Below are positions 1 through 8,827 of a stretch of DNA of 64,000 nucleotides, one piece after another. The translations under genes and the position numbers were made by a program. Source of the DNA: Mizuhopecten yessoensis. Taxonomy: Eukaryota. The first letter of the stretch is position 1. Each line of letters starts with the position of its first letter. The stretch covers positions 806,028 to 870,027 of the forward strand of contig NW_018404269.1 of the NCBI RefSeq assembly GCF_002113885.1, read 5' to 3'. Under the pieces are notes generated by a model that was not told the DNA's origin, made no database searches, and worked only from the letters and a program-made list of their open reading frames with translations.

Positions 1-92
1 TTGGAAGCTTGTAGTTTGGATATGTTCTGGATACAACTGCTCGCTTTCAACATCTTCAGGATGCAGTCCATCTGACTCTTCTAGGTCTATCC
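1..92 (-). CDS. COQ4: Ubiquinone biosynthesis protein COQ4, coding exon 2 (runs off the window edge)
   Basis: On the - strand, after the acceptor ...gacacag| the exon reads (G)IDLEESDGLHPEDVESEQLYPEHIQTTSFQ. LYPEHIxTxxxQ(K) matches the conserved start of the COQ4 domain (LYxxHIPTSPLQK type). Phase 1 fits the exon at 2341-2476. Confidence 0.8.
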
Positions 93-194
93 CTGTGTCA
101 CATAAAACATGTCATATTAATTATTTGCTCTGGTACAACAAGCTAAATGTCAAGCTACATGTAATATTGAATAGTCCTTGAAATACTATACTAT

Positions 195-515
195 TGTAAC
201 AGGAGCAAAAAAATGCATGCAACACTGGGGTTCAAACCTGGGACCCTCCAAACTCTTAGACAGACGCTCTAACCAATTGAGCTACCTGGTCGCCGATGAT
301 CGACCCAGTCTAGTTCCACTACATTCCCAGGTCCAGATATCTCCTTGTCAAGCATTAAACTTGCACTTGAAACAAGGGTTGGTGATCACAGGCACCAAAT
401 GTACAGTGTAACAGGAGTGGGAAAATGCATGGCAACACCCTCCAAACTCTAGATGAAGGCTCTACCAATTGAGCTACCTGGTCGCTGACAATCGAGCCAG
501 TCTAGTTCTGCTACA
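195..515 (-). mobile_element. Miniature non-autonomous LTR element with tRNA-derived LTRs (TRIM/Ajax-like)
   Basis: Two direct repeats (195-323 and 407-515) read TGTAG...TGTTACA on the - strand. Each carries a tRNA-like A box (GGTAGCTCAATTGG(T)AGAGC); the 195-323 copy also has a B box (GGTTTGAACCCC). The 83-bp internal region has a PBS-like TGGTGCC(T)GTGA and a purine-rich end. Flanks CTAT/CTAA form a near-TSD. Confidence 0.7.
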
Positions 516-850
516 CTAATAAAGACTTTTTTTGAGATCCTTTTACATTATAAAGAGAGTTGTAAGTTACTGTTACTGTACGTGCTAGCTGCAATAGTAG
601 AGTGGGTTCTGACGACGAGCCATTTCATATTGCGTCAGAGCCGGTATTAATATTAGTTCTAGTTATGTGCCACTTTATGATCTTAAGCGAACATTGGTTT
701 CTGGGTTTTTTATTGGTTTATAATAACTAGGATTAAATGGAACTTTGACTTTGCCAAAAAGGAAAAAGGAAAACTTAGTATAGAGCTCAATCGAAGGTAA
801 CTACCTCGAAAAATGATGAAACATGAACTCAAATTTTTAAATTGAATTTG

Positions 851-1857
851 ATCTGTATCTGTATGGTATACGGCGCAGATGATCCATATAAACTGGCGAG
901 ATGCACCGGGGGGGGGGGGGGGNNNNNNNNNNNNNNNNNNNNNNNAGCTGTCTTGAAGCTCTCTACTGATGACGCGCACACAACCTCGTCACTTAGACTA
1001 TTCCAGTCTATTGCAGTTTTGATAAAGTATGAGTTTTTAAATGTTGGCGTTTTGTGGTTTGGAATGTCTAGTCCACGGCTGTCATTGGTTGCTCGCGTTT
1101 CTACAATATTGTCCGAAATGAAGTCCTGACATTTCCGCGGTTTAATTTGTCATCCTTTCCGAATGGGCTTAAATATGCTGTAAGGATCTATAGATGGAAC
1201 TAAGCCCTCAACCACTTTGTAACAAAAAGTTAATCTGGAGTTTCGTCTCCTCTTCTGAAATAGGGGAAGGTCCAAGTATTTTAACATTTTTGTCACACAC
1301 CCTTCCTCCCTTGTTTTATAATCGCCTGTGATGAACCTCGCACCTCTCCTTTGTTTTTTTTCAATCCTGTTGATATCCTTCTCTAAGTACAGATCCCACA
1401 CGATGGATCCATATTCCAGTACCGATCTTACCATGGCGATATATGCCACTTTCCTGCAAGATTTCGGACAGTGTTGGAGATTCCGTCTGAGGAATCCGAG
1501 TGTAGAGCTAGCCCTTGATGTCGATTTAGAAATTTGAGTAGTCCAACTTAAGTCTTCCGAAATTGTTAAACCAAGGGAGGGATTTTCTTAAACTTGTTGT
1601 AGAATTTGGTCGTCTAAAGTGTAAAATTTGTTGGATTTTTGTTTGGTACTCATGGTATAACAATTCTTGGCGTTGAACCTCATTCCCCACTTTTTAGCCC
1701 ATACCTTGAGATTGTCCAGGTCACGCTGTAGAATTTCATGGTCTTCCGCCGTTTTTATTTCCTGATACAACAAACAGTCATCCGCGAATAAACGAACAAG
1801 CGACAACACTGCGTCTGACAGATCGTTTATGTGACAGAGGAAGAGAAGTGGGCCCAA
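851..1857 (-). mobile_element. 5'-truncated CR1/L2-group LINE (RT C-terminal half, pseudogenised), inside COQ4 intron 1
   Basis: One reading frame: GPLLFLCHINDL...VRLFADDCLLY...WGMRFNAKNC...AYIAMVRSVLEYGSIVWD...FKNSYFIKTAIDWNSL, broken only by in-frame stops at about 1588 and 1150. A short (CAGATA)n tail lies at about 851-865. An N-gap interrupts it at 923-945. Confidence 0.9.
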
Positions 1858-2340
1858 TCGACTTATCGAATTCTGTCTCTTTTTTCAAAAAGAGACAAAC
1901 GAAAAAAGACCTTAATATCTGACTAGCTCTTTTTATTTTTTAATAGGATTGAGATAGATACAGTTTCTCTGCAACATAAAAAATATCTAAAAAAAGGGGA
2001 CACAATTCAGTTTTATTTGGACGACAGTACCGGGCCGTTTTCATGTAAACGGTCAAACCAGTCGGACCACTGTTGTTCGTTTATTAAATAAGGTCGGACC
2101 TAGTAATCTGATACTGCTTTCAGGCGAGCCTTGACGAAGCCTTGCAAGGCCTGCATAAACATTTACAGGTCCGCCAGGATTTATACCCGAAATTGTTACA
2201 TATATAAACGGTCAAACCGGTTGTTCCGCATAAACGAACAGGCCCCAGTAGTCTAATGAAAAAGGTTCAGACATACAGCGGCTAACAAGATTATGAAAAT
2301 AGACAAATAAGTATGTAAACATAACAGAATACCATGTCAC

Positions 2341-2476
2341 CTTCGTTTGTATTGTTCTCGTATTGCCTTTTAAACTGCTTTGGCAACGACATGCATCTTT
2401 CTCTATTCAGAAGCCGAAAATAACGATGTTTTGCATACGTCAATCTCCGGAAATGTGATACCATGGGCGCAGACAT
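2341..2476 (-). CDS. COQ4: COQ4 coding exon 1 (mitochondrial-targeting-like N-terminus)
   Basis: ATG at 2476 gives MSAPMVSHFRRLTYAKHRYFRLLNRERCMSLPKQFKRQYENNTNE-G, an Arg-rich presequence poor in acidic residues at its start. Donor GAAG|gtgaca is phase 1 and joins the exon at 1-92 in frame. Confidence 0.7.
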
Positions 2477-2560
2477 CTTTGACACTTGGAGTTGTACATG
2501 CGCACAGTAACCGGAAACAGCACGTGTGTGTAAATTGTAAACAGTGGTACACATGTAGTT
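2477..2560. promoter_or_regulatory. Compact bidirectional promoter region between COQ4 and DNLZ
   Basis: 84 bp between divergent ATGs. It contains CATGCGCA (NRF1-like, 2497-2504), CCGGAAAC (ETS/GABP-like, 2511-2518) and a CACGTG E-box (2521-2526). Confidence 0.65.
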
Positions 2561-3054
2561 ATGTCACGATATTTACTCGGGTGTTTACGACACATAAACT
2601 ATTCTAGTGATACACAGTTATGTGTGCGTGCATTAAGAATACACAATCACCGTGTGATATCCAAATCGGTGAAAACATCTTGTGGTTTTGCGAGAGGACA
2701 CAACAAATTGACTGGAAAATTGCATCAGAACACACTCCCGGAAGTGGGACATCTTAACATAAACTCGTGTGCATTTCTGCAAGTTAGGCAGTTGTCGACA
2801 AGCAGCGTATACTGGAAAGATGACAATAACGTTAACGGCCGGCAAGTTGACAACAGTAAAGGCACATCCTCTTTAGGGCAAATACAGGGGAAACTCCACA
2901 TAAAGTATACATGTAAAGTGTGTGGTACACGAATGGCGCACACGTTCTCCAAACAGTCATATGAAAAAGGGGTTGTCATAGTGACATGTTCGGGATGTAA
3001 CAATCACCATCTAATTGCTGACAATCTCGGCTGGTTTGAGGACGTCGGTAAACG
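2561..3054 (+). CDS. DNLZ: DNL-type zinc finger protein (Zim17/Tim15/Hep1, mtHsp70 escort), exon 1
   Basis: Presequence-like N-terminus, then YTCKVCGTR...FSKQSYEKGVVIVTCSGCNNHHLIADNLGWF, the zf-DNL signature with 2x CxxC and DNL. Donor CG|gtcagt at 3055, phase 2. Confidence 0.95.
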
Positions 3055-3874
3055 GTCAGTACCAATGCTCTGTTTCAGTCACTTTCGTGTAGACAATATA
3101 AGTACATTAAAATATCCAGTCATAGGTCTGTGACCAAGGTGTATAAGGTTCTTCTTCTTTAGGTTATCAGTATTTCTTCAATGATCTGAAGATTATTTAC
3201 TGTTTTGCGCAGGTTATATGATATGCATCCATAGTAACTCCTATGCTAATCTATAATAAAACAAATTGCGTTCATAGATCTAGAGCTATAATACGCGATT
3301 AGATCGATGTCGTTTGGAAGCTACTTCGGCTTTGAATAACAGATTCGTAAATATAAGAATCATTATTTTCGAGGCTCATCAAAATTCTATGAGCTAGTAA
3401 ACGACATGGGACTCGTGATATTATGTAGATTTAAAAATGGACTGTGAACTTTTTACATTTGATAATAATCATTAATAAAATTCCCCCTTTTTTTTTTAAA
3501 ACATTTATGCCAGTCCTGTGGGTATGAGCGGGAGTCGGTTATAATTACATACATGTTTTTACAATGGCAATAGGGTTTCGTGGAATATATATGGATACGA
3601 TCGATTTGCATTCAGACCGATGTTAATGTTGAGCTAATGCCGTTTAAATCGAGTTATCTGGCCACCTTATTTGCAGACCTAAATCATTGTCGGACATAAT
3701 TAACGGACAAGACACCATTTCTCAGTGAAATCATGAATTTGGGGGTGGGGGTCACGTCACAATTCTAAGTTCTTTGTGTAACTGCAAATTGTAAGGAGAT
3801 GGGCGTCTACGCAGACATGCCATACCATAAAATATAAAGAGTATAGGTAGGGGAGAAAGAACCGATAATTATCA

Positions 3875-4106
3875 CAGGACTCGTATTTATGAAACCTTTA
3901 TATTATCATGCTCGAACTCTGGTTCTGTGCTCAAACCCAATTTCTTACTTCGGTGATGATATTTATTTTAGAGCCGAATAACGTTAACAACATCTAAATT
4001 TGACCTTTGGACTCTATCCCGTGATTTAAGTAAGTTATAAGAACGTTGGTTTGAGTACATAATCCACTCTTGAGCATGAGAACGGGTTTCATGAATACAG
4101 GCCCTG
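3875..4106. mobile_element. MITE with imperfect TIRs (PIF/Harbinger-like ends)
   Basis: Left end CAGGACTCGTATTTATGAAACC...CATGCTC...TGCTCAAACC mirrors right end GGTTTGAGTAC...GAGCATG...GGTTTCATGAATACAGGCCCTG. Confidence 0.6.
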
Positions 4107-4441
4107 GTGTTTCAGTGATAACAACTAAACATTTGTTGGTATCATCGCGTCATTTGACTCAAAACAGACTGAAGGCTAGTTCAAACGATGTCGTGCCATT
4201 TAGTGCTGCATACGTATTGGGTTTAAAGTGCTTGTACTTTTAATTTTAAAGAGTGCAACTGTAAATTCTCTCTGGTGTTGGAACACGTTATGAGCACGGA
4301 TATGTGCGTGGTATGGATGTAATCCCGACTTTGAACTTTGACACTACTACGTAGTATGTACTTTCACATATGGTCTTGCACGTAGGTAATTTGTTAATTC
4401 TGGCGGAGTGACATAGCCTTTGAAATAGATATGAAACAATC

Positions 4442-4965
4442 TTCAATAAGATTCATCAGTTTGGAAATATTTTATATCAAAGTTTTACTTTTTACACAAA
4501 CAATAACGTGTCGCAACGTTTCAAAACCGACTGGTCCCTTTGTCACGCTATGACTGAGTGAGCGATTTGTATTATTTACCTGTACAACGATGTGACATAC
4601 AATTCTTTAAATGACGAAATTGTATATTTTTCATGTCTCTCGACCCGAGACGTTTCGCCTATTGATAGGGAGCGTATACACACTGCATCAGATAGGCTAC
4701 AGTTAGGGTGTAGATCTAGCCCCCTCCCATGTTATGTGATGTCAGTATCGGGTCATACAGATGACTCAGCTGTTGTCCCTCTCGTCTCTGTTCATGTTCT
4801 GAGTTTTCCTGATTTAAGAAGCTATCAAAATCAGGAAAACTCAGGACATGAACGGAGACGAGTCGCTCGCTCAGTCATAGCTTGACAAAGGGACCAGTCG
4901 GTCTTGAAACGTTGCGACACGTTTAATACGGATATTGTTTGTGTGAAAAGTAAAACTTTAATATT
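4442..4965. mobile_element. Penelope-like/retrozyme-like insertion with inverted arms carrying minimal hammerhead motifs
   Basis: Inverted repeats of about 90 bp (about 4479-4568 vs 4861-4959). A 13-bp direct repeat ATATGAAACAATC flanks the insertion (4429-4441, 4966-4978). The arms contain TTGACAA-A-GGGACC agtc GGTCTT-GAAAC-GTT. Confidence 0.65.
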
Positions 4966-5279
4966 ATATGAAACAATCCATGACATGAATGTTGAAATTG
5001 ATACCAATGAAGTGCAATTTACAACGGAATGTAAATATCAAGGCCGCCGCGGTTAATTTTCTTTTCGGAATTACATGTGGCGTATGTTTCTAAATTAATC
5101 ATTTAATCACGTTTAATAAGTTTTTATTTTTGTTTTGTTATTTATTATAATGTTTGCTGTAAAAAGATTGAAAAGGGCTGTGGAAACGCATCCGAACCGG
5201 TTGCCCGTGACATGAAGGTCTATGGTATAATTGGAATCAATGTCAATTTTCCTGAATGACAAAGAGAACCCAGTGTTGT

Positions 5280-5697
5280 CATCATCGATATCCAGCGGTT
5301 CCTCGATATCCAGGGGTTACGCTCGCTTTCGCTATCTGCATCCTCGATATCCAGGGGTTACGCTCGCTTTCGCTATCTGCAGCCCGTAATATGTCATAGC
5401 AAAATCGAAAGGTCATTATACATGTGCAACACATTGTGGACGAGACGGAAAGACTTGTTTCATCCTTTGATGTAAATCAAAAGAATCTCGAGGTCGCGTA
5501 ACGGTAAAACTTACTGGCTTTGAAGTCGGGCGTCGCTCCTCTGTAATCTTCAAAGAGCAAGCATCAGCCTACTGATTGGTCAGAATTGTTTTACCTGACA
5601 CCAATCAAATAGCTAGCCGCGTGCCTTCAATTTTGCTATGACATATTCCAGGGGTGTAGACAGAGAAAGTGAGCGTAACCTCTGGATATCGAGGATG
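5280..5697. mobile_element. MITE with ~70-bp TIRs and 9-bp TSD (Mutator-like), copy 1
   Basis: Ends CATC(C/A)TCGATATCCAG...CTGGATATCGAGGATG. TSD CAGTGTTGT at 5271-5279 and 5698-5706. The left TIR is tandemly reiterated. Confidence 0.85.
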
Positions 5698-6070
5698 CAG
5701 TGTTGTTGTATTCAGAAAGAAAAGGGGACTGGTTTATCCTAATGATACTTCATATGATTCAATAGTTATCGAGATATAAGATATGTCACGACTAATGATA
5801 AATTAAACATTTCTAGCTATGTTGTTGCATTTCTCTTGAATGAACAGTTATAAATATATTGTTACGTTTTTGGTCCTTATTTCCATTGCAAAAAAAGAAA
5901 GCTTAAGATCCGTCCCTGGAATGGGATCTCTCTCCCCTTTATGTTCGTAAACGGAAAAACCAACTAAATAATCGGATAATGCATAGAAAAATGTTCTAAC
6001 CACGTCATTATGTTGCTACGATGAGCGGCTTACGCTGAACGAAGTTGCTTATTTTTTTATTTTTTTTCAG

Positions 6071-6179
6071 AAATATAGAGGAGATATTAGCGGAGAAGGG
6101 CGAGCAAGTCAAGAGGTTGTCGGCAGATGGCAGTTCCATAGAAATCAGCTCATCAGAATTGAATAATAACGACGTATAA
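6071..6179 (+). CDS. DNLZ: DNLZ exon 2 (terminal coding exon); 200 aa in total
   Basis: A poly-T acceptor tttttcag| gives (R)NIEEILAEKGEQVKRL...NNNDV*. NIEEILAEKGE is the conserved end of zf-DNL. 494+109 nt = 201 codons. Confidence 0.95.
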
Positions 6180-6290
6180 ACACGTTGTAATGGATTTTAT
6201 GTGATTTGAATAACAACCAGAACTCCCGTACAACTAGTTTAGTTTGTAATTTATATGGACGCTTTCATTTGTTAAACAGATTGTTTGTTT

Positions 6291-6296
6291 AATAAA
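6291..6296 (+). terminator. Probable DNLZ polyadenylation signal
   Basis: AATAAA about 110 nt after the stop codon, followed by a GT/T-rich tract (gtgtgctgtttcgtctcttc). Confidence 0.55.
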
Positions 6297-8453
6297 TCAA
6301 TCTTTACAAAGTGTGCTGTTTCGTCTCTTCTACGTGACATTAAAAATCGCAAAACACACCACGTAGTTCAAGAGTTTTTTTTACTACTGGTGATATTCGT
6401 ACAAGTATGTTTCATAGAAACAGATCGTAATATACCTAAGAGTGACTAACTGTATTTGAACTCGGCATATGTTTACTGATATTGTTTATTAAGCTATATT
6501 AAGTAGTGTTAAAATTGCTGGACAAGCTAGATCATTACAAACCTACCTGAACTTTTTCTTAACTGAACGGAAAACTTGAATGAAATATTTAGAGGCATGT
6601 ATCCAAACATGCACCAACTCAAAATAATAAATTAACGATCGGGTATCTAACACACTCTCTTAATGAACGGGAGATGTTTTGTTAAATGCAAATATATTAT
6701 GGTTTCATTTGAGCGGCATGTCACTGCTAGATGTATTCCGATATATGTGCGTGAAATGGTGTTTCACGTGAACATTATTCCGGGGAAACCAATTGTCATT
6801 GCGTGAAAAAGAAACAGCATTTCAATTTGTCAATGTATGTACACGAACAACACGAACATATTATTTCGCATCCGAATTGCCATTGCGTGCGAATGGATTA
6901 TTTAAATTTTATTGACTATAAACGGAATGCTGTTGCTTGTGAATCTTTTATTTTTACGTCTGAACGAGGTGCCATTCCAAGCACTACACCGGTGCGAAGG
7001 TAAAACTGAAAGAAAAATGAGCCCGTCATATCGTGCATGATAATCGAACTGGAAAATACTGCGTGTGACATTTGCATGCGAAAACTATTTATATATAGAC
7101 ACACATGCACGTCTATTGGCGGTACCGTAGGCTTCAGAGTCGTCTTATCAAAATGCGTTATTGCATTGAATAACGTTACCTACACTTTCTGTAGAAAAAA
7201 CACAATTTTATAATGAAACTGGAGTACACGTCAAAAAACAAAAATATGCCGGAGAAATAAAAAGAATGAAATTTCGTTAATAGTTTGTCATCAAAACCCG
7301 ACATCAGTAGCAAAAACTTTCCAAACACAATGTTTGTCCCTCGCACCAAATTTTACTGCAATATAAAACATTTTAACACTAATACTTTCTGAATGAAACC
7401 AAACCGTCGGGTCAGGTGTAACAGACTAGAATGACACTCTCTCACACTCCCACTCTTTCCTCAACATCTACACGCGAAGCAGCACTTAATCTCGTGAATA
7501 ATCAAACTCTCGAACCCAAACCATCAGATCACAGCTACTAGTGGAAACGAACAAACATGTAGTTCCGGCTTTTACTGTGCAGTTCAGAAAAATACTATTT
7601 CATATCTTGCATGTCGTATTGGATGTACCATATTAACTCCTAAGGAACAAAGATTAACATAATAAACACAAACAAATGTGTAGCTGTTATAACGGATATT
7701 TATTGTCCATGTGTTCCTAGTATATTGTCCATGTCCACTTGGTGTATAAGCAAATTGTTCTCGATACATTTTCCACATGTATCTGGTGTGTACTGTCAGT
7801 GTGTACTGATATATTGCTTTGGTAGCTTGCCATTTGGCTTATCTGTGTATTGTACGTTCCTAGAAGTCCTGAGTGAGGAATCCTCTTCTTCCATAGATGC
7901 TTTTAACTTGGCTTGTTCATTTGGTTCTGGCCATCACAGAGTGTGTCATCAAAATTCTTCAAAATCTTACAAAGTGATGTGCGACATTTGAACTGCTTCC
8001 TTGCTAGATAGACCCTTCTTGTTGGCAATGCATGACTGTGGTAATTCCCAGGTTGTCCCTAAGTCCACTGTAAGTAAGCTGGTTGATATATTCAGGACTC
8101 CATTCTAGGTCCGAGACTTTCTCTGTCCCTCTAGATGTTATTCATTTATGATGAGAGATATTAGTAACATGTTTAGCTCATTATCATCTTCGTTGGTGCT
8201 ATGGAATGTGATAATTTCATACGCGAAGGTAAACGCTTTTTTTGCCACGATGCCTGGAATAATACCATCACAAACCATGCGAATCCCCTACCTGCGATAC
8301 TACGGGACTTGAACAATACTGTACGAGACATGACATGACAATTTATCGAGGTAGGGCATACTTCAATTCGAAAAAAAACAACATTCTAACATTAATGCGA
8401 TTTGACTTTTATTTTCATGTCATAACCGAAATATACCCTCTCCCAGATTCACC

Positions 8454-8827
8454 CATCCTCGATATCCAGGGTTTACGCTCACTTTGGCTCTACACCCTGG
8501 AATGTATCGTAGCAAAATCGAAGGCTCTGTGTGCACAACCTTGTAGGCGAGACGAGAAAACTAGTTTAATCCCTTGGTGTACATCAAACGAATCTTGTAG
8601 TCGCGTAACGGTAAAACTTACTGGCTTTGGAGTCGGGCGTCACTCCTCTGTAATCGGGCGTCACTCCTCTGTAATCTTCAAAGGACAAGTTTCGGCCTAG
8701 TGCTTGGTCAGTTGTTGTTTTTACCTGACACCAATCAGATAGCTATCCGCGTGCCTTCGACTTTGCTATGACATATTCCAGGGGTTCAGAGCGCAATTGT
8801 CAGCATAACCCCTTGATAACGAGGATG
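8454..8827. mobile_element. MITE with ~70-bp TIRs and 9-bp TSD (Mutator-like), copy 2 of the same family
   Basis: Ends CATCCTCGATATCCAGGG...CCCTTGATAACGAGGATG. TSD AGATTCACC at 8445-8453 and 8828-8836. Internal sequence is homologous to 5280-5697. Confidence 0.85.

Noticed and set aside
220-290. Functional tRNA gene
   Set aside because: The acceptor and anticodon stems pair poorly, and the sequence is embedded in an LTR-like duplicated unit.
907-945. Poly-G tract as a G4 or Pro/Gly coding feature
   Set aside because: It runs directly into an N-gap, so its length and context are unreliable.
3055-3133. C-terminal extension of the 190-aa DNLZ ORF
   Set aside because: Read-through into the intron; the conserved NIEEIL end is in the exon at 6071.
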